Shown piece after piece: positions 37,401-46,852 of a stretch of DNA of 53,988 bases. This stretch comes from an uncultured Clostridia bacterium (GTDB lineage: Bacteria; Bacillota; Clostridia; Christensenellales; UBA1242). Positions within the stretch are counted from its first letter, which is position 1. Each line of letters opens with the position of its first letter. Both the position numbers and the translations under genes were made by a program. The stretch covers positions 1 through 53,988 of the forward strand of contig CALWHN010000003.1 in the NCBI GenBank assembly GCA_944380415.1, written 5' to 3'. The notes under the pieces were generated by a model. That model did not search any database. It worked only from the letters and a program-made list of their open reading frames with translations, and was not told where the DNA came from.

Positions 37401-37785
37401 TAACATCTGAATGATCTCCAAAAATTGAAAGCGCGTGGGTTGCAACCGCCCTAGCTGAAACGTGAAAAACAGTTGGCAAAAGTTCACCAGCAATTTTAAA
37501 CATGTTTGGAATCATAAGCATAAGCCCTTGGCTGCATGTAAAAGTTGTTGTAAGCGCGCCGGCTTTTAAACTTCCGTGAACTGCGCCAGCAACGCCAGCT
37601 TCAGACTGCATTTCAACAAGTTTTAACGGTTTTCCAAAAAGATTTTTTTCGCCCGCTAAAACCATTTCATCACACGCCTCTGCCATTGGGCTTGAAGGCG
37701 TGATTGGATAGATTGCGCTAACTTCACTAAGTTTATATGCAACGCGCGCGCAGGCAACGTTTCCGTCCACACAAATTTTGCTCAT
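34423..37785 (-). CDS. nifJ: Pyruvate:ferredoxin (flavodoxin) oxidoreductase
   Basis: YPITPSSPM, MQSEAG, FDGFRTSHE, two CxxCxxCxxxC motifs, FSGACGGCGETPY, GGDGWAYDIG, YAPC; start at MSKICVDGN. Confidence 0.96.
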   Translation of the reverse strand: MSKICVDGNVACARVAYKLSEVSAIYPITPSSPMAEACDEMVLAGEKNLFGKPLKLVEMQSEAGVAGAVHGSLKAGALTTTFTCSQGLMLMIPNMFKIAGELLPTVFHVSARAVATHALSIFGDHSDVMAARSTGFLMLASSSVQEAQDCALIAHIASLRTSLPFIHFFDGFRTSHEIQKIEDISDQTLFKLLPKEEIEKFRNRALSPKNPHQSGTAQNPDVFFQNREASNSFYDNAYEIINQTMLDVEKEIKRSYRPFEYYGDSDAENVVVVMGSASQTIKDVISKIQKNREKFSSLGKIGVLNVRLYRPFNSQAFVACLPKTTKRICVLDRTKESGSVGEPLYVDVCTALNKVGREIKVVGGRYGLGSKEFTPSCAIAVFENLAREQKNSFTVGIEDDVTNTSLNLNSKLADLINSTIEKDCYQMMFFGLGSDGTISANKNSIKIIGNSTDKFVQGYFEYDSKKSGSLTVSHLRISDREILMPYEIERADFIAIHNYSFISRFNILKHLKQNGVVLLNTVLKPEELDKKLPIFFKQDLIKKNAKLYIIDAQNIASEVGLGNKINTIMQSAFFKVSNIIDFESAKNQMIEAARKTYMRKGESIVKANEGAVLSFDRLEFVPLSLLSEKTFEDEPKNFGSDGCNSDCVNCIGCENEIKFANEVMKPISLREGNNLKVSAFAPDGRVPTGTSQFEKRGIALRCPNWNSDLCVQCGRCVMACPHAAIRAVLVDENEIKDAPEGFITKDAIGVKGAKYRIQVSPLDCTGCGVCANVCIAKDKALKMEVAPDLSNEIENYNYSKTLKQTTSPFNKFSTKGLQFYRPYFEFSGACGGCGETPYIKLLSQLYGENIIIANATGCSSIYGGSFPSCPYSKDENGNGPAWANSLFEDNAEFGYGIKLGRNVVEEGKEKSNVWIIGGDGWAYDIGYGGLDHVLHSNENVNILVLDTEVYSNTGGQSSKSTPSGAVAKFASGGKKTAKKDLGAIAIMSNNAYVAKISLGANYEQAIKAFKEAEEFDGPSIIIAYAPCVNHGINLEKTFTEMRRAVESGYWELFRYNPKTNTLLLDSGEPTISYEEFISGETRFSSLAKANPELSKELFEKAKQEAIARRNFLKLLSQRNN

Positions 37786-37913
37786 TTTAACCTCACAATT
37801 AAGACAATTATAGACATTTTTCAAATTTTCTCCAATCGTTTTGTAAAATTAAAGTAAAAAATAAATTAAAAATTGTTGTTTTTTTTGAATATCGTGATAA
37901 AATACCATGTAAT

Positions 37914-38879
37914 ATGTGGCATGAGGTATATCACGCATTTATAGAAACACTTAGGATAGTTCCAATTTTATTCTTGGTCTATCTTTTAATTTCATACCTA
38001 ACCCACCACAAAGAGGATCCATACAAATTTTTAACGAAAAAAAGCAAGCGTTTTGGCCCGCTTTTTGGTTCAGTTCTTGGAACAATTCCACAGTGCGGCT
38101 TCTCCGCAGTTATGGCGGATTTATTTTCAAAAAGAGCAATAACTCTTGGAACGCTATTTGCAGTTTTTCTTGCAACAAGCGACGAAGCAATTCCAATTTT
38201 AATTTCAAACCCAAGCTGGTATGCCGAACTTTGAATTATAATTGGCGTTAAATTTTTTGTTGGAATAATCTTTGGCTATGCAATAGATTTTATTCTTGAA
38301 CTAATTGAAAAAAACAAGGGAAAAACAAAAATTTCAAAAATTTTAAAGGAAGAAGCGATGGAGGTTCATGGCAGTCTCAACGTTGTTGAAATGCATCACG
38401 AACACGACCACGAAAAAGCGTGTTCCTGCCATGTTCATGAAGATTCAGATAAAACACACTATCACAACCACAACTCCTCTTGCTGCGCGGATAACATATT
38501 TGTTGACGCGCTGATTCACACGCTGAAAATTTCTGGCTTTATTTTAGTTATCAATGTAATTTTAAACGTTGTGATTTACTATGTTGGAATGGAAAATTTT
38601 ATTGGCTTTGTTTCAATCAACGAATATCTCCAACCTCTTGTAACTTCGCTTATTGGGCTGATTCCAAACTGCGCGGCATCTGTCTTTTTAATTGAGCTTA
38701 TGATGGAAGGTGGAATAACCTTGTCGTCAACAATTGCAGGCCTTTGCATTGGAAGCGGAGTTGGGCTAATTGTTCTTTTTAAAAACAACAAGAATATTAA
38801 ACAAAACCTTTTAATTGTTGTTCTTCTATATATAATTTCAGTTTGTGTTGGCCTTGCCTTGACACCAATTTTGCATTAA
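37914..38879 (+). pseudogene. Putative metal (Mn/As-type, ArsP_2/DUF2899-like) permease interrupted by one in-frame TGA at 38232-38234
   Basis: The two ORF-track pieces share a frame with no other stop between them; G.IPQCGFS, ITLGTL.AVFLATSDEAIP, His/Cys-rich loop, GLIPNCAASV, G.GL.VLF. Confidence 0.75.
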
Positions 38880-38907
38880 AAAAACAAGCAGTTTGCTTGT
38901 TTTTTTT
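38879..38907. terminator. Bidirectional terminator
   Basis: AAAAACAAGCA-GTT-TGCTTGTTTTT between convergent genes. Confidence 0.8.
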
Positions 38908-38911
38908 TAAA

Positions 38912-41545
38912 CTAAAAACTTTGATCCAAAATCTTTTGCGGTGCTGGCGCATTTCCGGAAGCAAGAGCCGCCTGAGCAAATGGGATTAAAAGTTCTTCCG
39001 TGTTTGCATAGCCATGGATAATTGGCTTGCCGCCAGAATATGCTTTAGCTGGCTTAAATTCGCCTTGGGAAATGGTTTCTAAGAAATCAGTGTTTCCCAT
39101 TGTTATTGCATCAACTTCATAGCCATTTTCTTTCATTGAGCTTGAAATTGAATTTGCTGCCCTGATCAAACATTTTTTAAATTCAGTTGGATTGTTTCTA
39201 ATAATCTCTTTTGCTGACTCTGGAATTTCAATGTTGTCGAAGCATATCTTTTTTATGTCTTTGTTATACCAAACCCATGTTTGGCCAATTATTCTGTCTT
39301 CAAATTCAAAGATGATAAAACCGCCATTTGGATCAGTTATTCCGTGTTTTACAACATAGCTCTCTTCAGGATATGTCATGTTGTTAATTGTTTGATTAGA
39401 GTTTGTAATGTTTCCCAAAACTGCTCCAAGAGGATCACTTTTGTCTAAAAGTTTAAACTTGATTGGGCTTTTTGAAGCATCCGCCTTTGCAGATATTATG
39501 CTTCCATATTCACTTCCAGTTTTATACCATTTTTGAAGAGTTTGGAATTCAGACTGTGTGTATCCATAAATGTTGACGGTTTTAGCCAAATCCGTGTTTT
39601 CAGCATATTTATAGTCCGGAGTGTTAAGGAACTTCTTAACGTCATCTGGCGTAAGCCTATCACTTTCAACATCTGTTATAACTCTCTTATTTGGATACGC
39701 CTTTAAAATTAGGTTGAAATAATTATAAGCATTGTCAATTCCCGTTCCAAATGTTGGCCCATAATTTATGCCTGTTATCCTTTCATCATCCAAAAATCTA
39801 AGCCCTTTCCAATTTTTGATTACAAAATCTGCAAAGTCTTTGTTATAGCCATTTTTTCTGGTGTATAGTTCATCAAAATGACAGAACCGATCTTGAACAA
39901 ATGGTCCAACTATTGGAAGCTCGTTGATAACTTCTCTAATAAATTTCTCTGCTCTTTCTTGCTCGCCTTTATCTCCAGAAAAGAGACCAAATGCATAACA
40001 AACTTTTAAATAGATATCTTCAAAGACCTTGCTTCCACCTTTTTCATTTAACAATCGGTTATATGCTTCTGAGTTTTGGAAGAAATATCTCATATCTTTT
40101 GGTTGAATGTTCATGTAAACAAATCTATCTGGCATAAATGGAACATCCGAACCATCTTTCATAGCTTCTGAGAAAAATCTTATAACTTCAATAGTTTGAT
40201 TTAAATCTTCAATGTAAGTAGTTCTTCTACAAAAATCTCTTCCTTTCATAACCTGAAAATACTTGAAATCTCTATAATTTACAAAGCAGGTGTTTTTAGA
40301 AACTTCTGGGTTATAAATCAATTCAAATTTATCTCTGGTTTTATCCGGAAGAATTGTAATTTTAAGCGGTTTTTTTCTTGGTTTATAAGCTTTTTCCCAA
40401 TTATCTTCGAAATTAACAACATATTCGCCAATTTCACAAGGCGCCATAAATTTTAGTTCAACCAAGTTGTCTGAATATGCAAAGGCATAAGAACCAACTT
40501 TTTTAACGGTTTTTGGAATTATAATTTTACTCCCTAAAAACTGCTTAAATGCTCCAGGACCAATTTCCTCAATATGGCTTGGAATATCCAAAGTTTTAAA
40601 ATTGCAAGCACTAAAACAATCTTGCGGAATTTTTGTTATTGCTTTTGGAAACTTTGGCAAGATTGTAAAGCCAGCTCCCGAAAAACACCCATCACCAATT
40701 TTTTCAAGGCTTTCTGGCAATTTAATAGAAGTTAAATTTTCGCAGTCTTCAAAAGCGTAGCCTCCAATTATTTTAAGACCCTCTGACAATTTAATTGAGG
40801 TTAAATTTTCGCAGTCGCTAAAAGCACCGTTTCCTATTACTTTTACGCTGCTAGGAAGAGCAATTGACTTCAATTTGTTGCAAGAACTAAAAGCTTTTTC
40901 GCCAATTTGGGTTACACTTTCTGGAATCACAAATTCTTCAATGTTTGAGTATTCAAAAGCTGCCTTCGGAATCTCTTTAATTCCAGCTGGAATGACAATT
41001 GATTTAAGGTTATGGCAGCCTGAAAATGCCTCCTTCCCAAATGACTTTAGGCTTGTTGGCAAATTAATTGATTCAATTCCGCTGCGCTCAAAAGCCCAAT
41101 CTCCAATAAATTCAAGCCCCTCTGGTAATGTTACAGATTTTAAAGACTTTGCAAAATAAAAAACTCCCTGTTCAAGCTCTTTTATTTTACTTGGAATAAC
41201 GATAGATTCCAACTTTCCGCAGCTCTTAAACGCCGCTTTCCCAAGCCTTTCAAGAGATTCTGGAAGATTGATTGAAACAAGCTCGTTTGCCCTGGAAAAA
41301 GCCCAAGCGCCAATTTCTCTTAACCCCTCTGGCAATTCAACAGTTTGAAGGCTGCTGCAGCCTAAAAAAGCAGTGTCTTCAATTTTTCTAACGCCTTGTG
41401 GAACAACAATTGACCTTATATTAAGATCTTTAAAAGCCCCTTCTCCAATAACAGAAACACCTTCCCAAAACTTCTTTGGGTTTTTCATTAAAATGTCAAG
41501 ATCATAGTTGGTAACATTCTTTAAAACGCCGTTTTCAACCTTCAT
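38912..41545 (-). CDS. BspA-type LRR (LRR_5) protein with C-terminal 'CCQ-type' domain, cysteines substituted
   Basis: Roughly 14 I..xAF..C..L.SI.LP repeats; C-terminal DPLGAVLGNITNSNQ..HG.TDPNGGF..IIGQTWVWYN..CFDNIE. Confidence 0.85.
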   Translation of the reverse strand: MKVENGVLKNVTNYDLDILMKNPKKFWEGVSVIGEGAFKDLNIRSIVVPQGVRKIEDTAFLGCSSLQTVELPEGLREIGAWAFSRANELVSINLPESLERLGKAAFKSCGKLESIVIPSKIKELEQGVFYFAKSLKSVTLPEGLEFIGDWAFERSGIESINLPTSLKSFGKEAFSGCHNLKSIVIPAGIKEIPKAAFEYSNIEEFVIPESVTQIGEKAFSSCNKLKSIALPSSVKVIGNGAFSDCENLTSIKLSEGLKIIGGYAFEDCENLTSIKLPESLEKIGDGCFSGAGFTILPKFPKAITKIPQDCFSACNFKTLDIPSHIEEIGPGAFKQFLGSKIIIPKTVKKVGSYAFAYSDNLVELKFMAPCEIGEYVVNFEDNWEKAYKPRKKPLKITILPDKTRDKFELIYNPEVSKNTCFVNYRDFKYFQVMKGRDFCRRTTYIEDLNQTIEVIRFFSEAMKDGSDVPFMPDRFVYMNIQPKDMRYFFQNSEAYNRLLNEKGGSKVFEDIYLKVCYAFGLFSGDKGEQERAEKFIREVINELPIVGPFVQDRFCHFDELYTRKNGYNKDFADFVIKNWKGLRFLDDERITGINYGPTFGTGIDNAYNYFNLILKAYPNKRVITDVESDRLTPDDVKKFLNTPDYKYAENTDLAKTVNIYGYTQSEFQTLQKWYKTGSEYGSIISAKADASKSPIKFKLLDKSDPLGAVLGNITNSNQTINNMTYPEESYVVKHGITDPNGGFIIFEFEDRIIGQTWVWYNKDIKKICFDNIEIPESAKEIIRNNPTEFKKCLIRAANSISSSMKENGYEVDAITMGNTDFLETISQGEFKPAKAYSGGKPIIHGYANTEELLIPFAQAALASGNAPAPQKILDQSF

Positions 41546-41610
41546 AATTCACCTCGCAAAAGAGTATATCATAGCAACAAATCATTTTCAAGCCCCAATT
41601 TTTAATTATA

Positions 41611-43636
41611 TTATAAAATATCTTGTTTAACACAATCTTTAAAAATTTGAGCTGTTCCAGCTGAAACAGCTGCCTGAGCAAGCGGAATTAAAAGCTCGCC
41701 GGAGTTTATGTCGGTGTAACCTCTTGGCGCGCCACCAGAAAGTTTTTTAACTGGCTTAAATTCCTTGTCTGAAAGCACCCTTAGAAAATCGTTATAGCCC
41801 TTTCCCATTGTAATAATTTCAACTTCATTTCCATTTTCTTTCATGGAGTTTGAAATTGAGTTTGCTGCTCTAATTAAACATTTCTTAAATTCCGTTGAAT
41901 TTTTCCTAACCAAATCTTTTGCCGAATTTGGAACCTCAATGTTGTCAAAGCAAAGTTTTTTTCATTTTCTTGTTATACCAAACCCATGACTGGCCAATTA
42001 TTCTATCCTCATATTTAAACACAACAAATCCGCCATTTGGGTCAGTCATCCCATGTCTAAGACAGCTTTCTCCAGCTGAATTTAAGATTTGGCAACAGTC
42101 TGTAATCTCTCCCAAAACTGCTCCAAGTGGATCGTCCTTGGCTAAAAGTTTAAACTTTATTGGGCAGCTTGCTTCATCTGGAAATGAGGTAATGTTGCTT
42201 CCGTTTTTTATTCCTATTTTAAACCATCTTTGAAGTTTATCAAAGTCTTCTTGAGAATAACCATACTTACTAATAGTCAAAGCCAAATTTGGAAATTCAA
42301 CATCTTCAAATTTTTTAGATAAAACAATTGAAACAGCATCTAAAAGCGTTAATTTGTCTCTTCTTGTGTTTGTTATAATTTCTTTGTTTGGATGTGCTTT
42401 TAGAATTTCGTTAAATTCATTGTAAATTTTTGCAACCAAGTTCCCAGCCAAATTTTCCCGAATATCATAACTATTTTCAAAGAAGAAATCTGCAAATTGC
42501 TTTATATATCCAAATTTTAAAGTGTTAAAACCAGAAAAAATTTGGTGAAATGTTTCCTCTAAAATATCGGAATTATGTTCTCTAACAAATTTTTCTGCCC
42601 GTTTGCGGTTAAATTTATCATCGGAAAAAAGACCAAGAGCATAGCAAGCCTTGAAACGATCGTTTTCAATTTCATCTTCAATTTTATCGCTGCCAACTCT
42701 GCTGTTTACAATATCGCGATACAATTGGACATATTGGAAAAAGTTGTTTAAATCCTCAACTTTTATGTTGCTGTAAACAGCTTTGCTTGGAAGAAATTTA
42801 AATTTTGCTTCACTGTTAGCAAGTTTGGAAACAAAATTTATTAAATGTGAATCAAATTCCTCTCCAATTTCTTTAATAAGTTTATCGTTGAAAAAGAGCT
42901 TCCAGTTTCCATTGTCCAACTTAACTTCAAAATTTTTCAGCCCCTTAATTTTAATTGAAAAAGGATTATGGCAACATCCAAACAATAAATCATTTTCAAT
43001 GTTAACTTCGCCATTAAAAATTACGCTATTTAAGTTTTGACCGTTCCAAAAACAATCACTTAAAGAACAATTTTTTGGAATTGTAATCTCCCTCAAATTT
43101 AAACAGTTTGTAAATGCCGCCTCTCCAATTTTTGTTACCCCTTCTGGAATTATAACAGAAGTTAAACTCTCACAGCTAAAAAAGGCATTATGTTTAATTA
43201 ACTCAACGCCAACAGGGATATCAACTCTTTCAAGATTCTTGCAAAATCCGAAAGCATATTCATCAATAGATTTAATACCCTCTGGAATTTTAATTTCTTT
43301 AAGTTTTTTGCAAAAAACAAAAGCAGCATTACCAATGCCTTTTAGGCTTGCTGGCAATTTAAGCTCCTCTAAATTAGTGCAACTCATAAATGCACCAGCC
43401 TCAATATATTCAAGCCCTTCAGGAAGTTTGACGGATTTTAAATTTTTGCATTCTGAAAACGCTAAGTCGCCTATGATTTTAACCCCTTTCGGAATTTCAA
43501 TCGAGGAAATTTCTGTTTGAGCAAATACAGAATTTCCAATTTCTGTTATACCCTTCCAAAATTCATTTGGCTCATTTGCCAAAAATTCTAAGTCATCATT
43601 CTTAATCGAAACTAAAACTCCGCCTATAACAATCAT
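41611..43636 (-). pseudogene. BspA-type LRR plus CCQ-domain protein with +1 frameshift in an A7 tract
   Basis: ORFs 41945-43636 and 41611-41913 join if one T of the T7 run at 41956-41962 is removed, restoring KKLCFDNIEVPNSAK as in the paralogues. Confidence 0.85.
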
Positions 43637-43686
43637 TAAAAAAACCTCGAAACATTAAACTACAATAAATAATATCACAGCCTAAT

Positions 43687-45900
43687 TTAAATTTCAAGGT
43701 CTGATTGCTGATTTAAAACTTTCTTTACTGCGAAGGCTCCAGAAGAGATAGCAGCCTGAGCAAGCGGAATTAAAAGTTCGCCAACATTTATATCGGTGTA
43801 CCCTCTTGGCGCTCCGCCATAAAAGCCGTTTTTTATTTTCGTAAATTCACCTTCAGAGATTGACTCTAAAAGGTCGTTATAGCCCTTTCCCATCGTAACG
43901 AGTGAAACCTTGTGGCCGGCTTTGGCCATTGATTCAGAAATGGATTTTGCCGCTCTTGTCAAACAGTCCTTAAATTCTTTTCCGTTTTTCCTGACAAAAC
44001 CCTTTGCAGAATTTGGAATTTCAATGTTGTCGAAACAGAGTTTTCCCATACTTTTGTTATACCAAACCCATGCCTGGCCTATTACTTTATTTTCGTCTCT
44101 AAAAACAACAAACCCGCCGTTTGGGTTGCTCATGCCATGTTCAACGCAGCTTTCGCCCGCGTCATCAATTCTTTGGCAGCAGTTTGTAATATTGCCCAAA
44201 ACTGCCCCAAGAGGATTGTTTTTTTTCAAAAGCTCAAACTTAATTTTTCCTTCTGAATTGTCTGGGAAAGCCGAAAGGTTGCTTCCTTTTTGTATTCCCT
44301 TTTCAAACCAGCTTTGAAGAGTTTCAAACTGCTCTTGGCTGTAGCCATATCTTCCAACAACTTCGGCTAAGTTCCCATATCTAACATTGTCATATTTGGT
44401 GTTTTGCAAAAATGAGATAACATCTTTTTCTGTTAACCTATCTCTATCCGTGTTGGTTCTAATTTCTGAGTTTGGGAAGTTATTTAAAACTTCATTAAAC
44501 CTGTTATATGCTGCCGAAAAACAATTTATTGTAATATTATCAAGCAGTAAAAAATTTTCATGAAAATTTTCAATTAAAAATTCTGCAAATTTTGGGTTAA
44601 ATCCATTCTGCTTTGTGTTTAATCCAGAAAACTTTTCATGTAGTTTGTCTTCTGAATAATTTGGAATAATTTTTTCTCTGATAAATTTTTCTGCCGCTAA
44701 CCTTTCCTTAGAATTTTTTGAAAACAGGCCGGAAATATAGCATAGCTTAAAAAAGTCCTCTCGTGGCTCTTTTTTTAATGAATTCAACGATAATTTATCC
44801 TTTCCATTTTTCTTGGCAAATTCTTCTAAAAGAGAATTATATGTCTTTGAATTCGCGAAAAACAAGGTAACATCATCGCTCTTTAAGTTTTCAACAACCG
44901 ATTGGTGTGGAACAAATGGAAGGTTTATGTTTCTTCTCTGTGCATTTTTAATAAAAGTTATTATTGAACCAAAACTTGGCATATTTGGATGGCAATTGAA
45001 TTTAAGAAGTTTACCATTGTATTTTACAACCCAATTGAAGTCTTTATATTCAAAGGTTAAATTGCCATATTCAATTCTTTTTAATGAAGAGATGTTAAAA
45101 ACTCTCTTTCCAATTGAAGTTACGCTATCTGGGATTACTATTGAAGTTAAATTTGTGCAAGAAAACGCATCTTCGCCAATTGAGGTTACTCCGTCTAAAA
45201 TTATTACAGATTTCAATTGAGAGCACCCAGAAAATGCCTCCTTTCCAATTATATACACACTAGCAGGAATCGTGATAGAATTTAAACTTCTACAGTTCAA
45301 AAAGGCCTGCTCACCAATCGAATTTACAGTATTTGGAATTGTTACTGATTTTAAGTTGCGACAGCCAATAAAAGCTCCATTTCCAATCGAAGTTAACCCA
45401 TCTGAAAAGGTAATTGAAGTTAAGCCTTCACATCCGTCAAAAGCATGCCGTCCAATTGATTTTACTTTTTCTGGAATTATGATTGAGGTTAAGCTACTGC
45501 ACCCAGAGAAAGCCAAGTTATAAATTGCTCTTAAACCCTTTGGAAGAATAACTGAGGTTAAACTTTCGCAGCCATAAAAGGCAGATTCTCCAATTGAAGC
45601 TACGCCATCTGGAATTGTTATTGATTCTAAGCTTCTGCAACCCTTGAAAGCAAAATCTCCAATTGCCCCTATGTTTTCTGAAAAAGTTATTGATTTTAAA
45701 TTACTACAGCCACTAAATGCCTCATCATAGATATAACTGTCTATTTGATCCGGGATAACAATTGAAGTTAAATTTGTAACGTTCTTAAAAGCCCTAAAAT
45801 CAATCGTAGTTACCCTACGCCAAAACTTGCGAGGGTTTTTCTCCAACAATTCAATATCTTCATTATTTACCGAAGCTAAAATACCGTATCTTTTTTTCAT
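43687..45900 (-). CDS. BspA-type LRR plus CCQ-domain protein (intact)
   Basis: Roughly 10 LRR_5 repeats; LGNITNCCQ..AGESCVEHG..PNGGF..GQAWVWYN..LCFDNIEIP; own TTGACA-17-TACAAT promoter. Confidence 0.87.
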   Translation of the reverse strand: MKKRYGILASVNNEDIELLEKNPRKFWRRVTTIDFRAFKNVTNLTSIVIPDQIDSYIYDEAFSGCSNLKSITFSENIGAIGDFAFKGCRSLESITIPDGVASIGESAFYGCESLTSVILPKGLRAIYNLAFSGCSSLTSIIIPEKVKSIGRHAFDGCEGLTSITFSDGLTSIGNGAFIGCRNLKSVTIPNTVNSIGEQAFLNCRSLNSITIPASVYIIGKEAFSGCSQLKSVIILDGVTSIGEDAFSCTNLTSIVIPDSVTSIGKRVFNISSLKRIEYGNLTFEYKDFNWVVKYNGKLLKFNCHPNMPSFGSIITFIKNAQRRNINLPFVPHQSVVENLKSDDVTLFFANSKTYNSLLEEFAKKNGKDKLSLNSLKKEPREDFFKLCYISGLFSKNSKERLAAEKFIREKIIPNYSEDKLHEKFSGLNTKQNGFNPKFAEFLIENFHENFLLLDNITINCFSAAYNRFNEVLNNFPNSEIRTNTDRDRLTEKDVISFLQNTKYDNVRYGNLAEVVGRYGYSQEQFETLQSWFEKGIQKGSNLSAFPDNSEGKIKFELLKKNNPLGAVLGNITNCCQRIDDAGESCVEHGMSNPNGGFVVFRDENKVIGQAWVWYNKSMGKLCFDNIEIPNSAKGFVRKNGKEFKDCLTRAAKSISESMAKAGHKVSLVTMGKGYNDLLESISEGEFTKIKNGFYGGAPRGYTDINVGELLIPLAQAAISSGAFAVKKVLNQQSDLEI

Positions 45901-45945
45901 ATTCTTCTAAGCCAATTGTATATCAAAATGAAAGTAATGTCAACA

Positions 45946-46788
45946 TTAAAGTTTTTTCTTTATGTATTTTTTTAAATCGTTGCTGTAAGCTGGGTCTTTT
46001 AGCGCAAAATCAAAAACAGCAGTTAAATAGCCAAATTTGTTGCCAATGTCATATCTAACGCCATCTATGTCATATGCCAAAACATCTCCTCTGCGCGAAA
46101 GAACATCAAAAGCGTCTGTTATTATTTTCTCGCCGCCCTTCTCTTTAAGCTCCTCGCAAGCTTCGAAGATGTTTGGTTTTAATATGTATCGCCCAAGGCA
46201 AGAAAGCGTTGATTTAACGTCTTCAAGTTTTGGTTTTTCTGTTATCTTTGTAACAGTGTAAATCCTTCCGTCCTTGTTCGAATATTCAACTGAGCAATAT
46301 TTTGTTATTGCCTCCCTGGAAACGTTCATGCAACCCATGATTGATTTTCCAGTTTTGTTATAAACATCAATAAGTTGTTTAGCAACTGGCTTTTCGTTGC
46401 CAACAAAAAGGTCATCTGCAAACATCAAAAGAAAGGGCTGATCTCCAACAAATTCTTTCGCAAGCATAATTGCCCCGCCCGTTCCATTTAAAACTTTTTG
46501 TTCAACAAACTTAATGTTCTTTAAATTTGTTTTCTCAAGAATTTCAACAAATTCCCTGTTTTTTTCAACCTTTTTTTGCAAATTTTCATCCTTAGAAAAA
46601 TGCCTTATAATTGCATCCTTGTTTGCGCCAACTATTATAAGAATTTCGTCAATACCGCTCTCCAAAGCTTCTTCAACAATCAATTGAATTGTTGGTTTAT
46701 CTAGTATTGGAAGCATTGTTTTTGAAACGGCTTTTGTAAACGGAAGAAACCTAGTTCCATATCCTGCCGCCATGATAACTGCTCTCAT
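45946..46788 (-). CDS. galU: UTP--glucose-1-phosphate uridylyltransferase
   Basis: AVI.AAGYGTRFLP.TKA..K.MLPI.DKPTIQ.IVEEA, EKP, GRYIL, RYDIG.K.GY. Confidence 0.93.
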   Translation of the reverse strand: MRAVIMAAGYGTRFLPFTKAVSKTMLPILDKPTIQLIVEEALESGIDEILIIVGANKDAIIRHFSKDENLQKKVEKNREFVEILEKTNLKNIKFVEQKVLNGTGGAIMLAKEFVGDQPFLLMFADDLFVGNEKPVAKQLIDVYNKTGKSIMGCMNVSREAITKYCSVEYSNKDGRIYTVTKITEKPKLEDVKSTLSCLGRYILKPNIFEACEELKEKGGEKIITDAFDVLSRRGDVLAYDIDGVRYDIGNKFGYLTAVFDFALKDPAYSNDLKKYIKKKL

Positions 46789-46852
46789 AAAATCCTCCTA
46801 AGTTAATTATATCAAAATTAAATAAAAAAGAAAAAAGATTAAGGAACGTTCC

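Noticed and set aside
38232-38234. Selenocysteine at the in-frame TGA
   Set aside because: The position is at a hydrophobic helix rather than a Cys-equivalent motif, and no convincing SECIS-like hairpin follows
38912-45900. CRISPR array or diversity-generating retroelement behind the repeats
   Set aside because: The repeats are degenerate coding LRR units; no identical spaced repeats, cas genes, reverse transcriptase or adenine-specific TR/VR pair were seen
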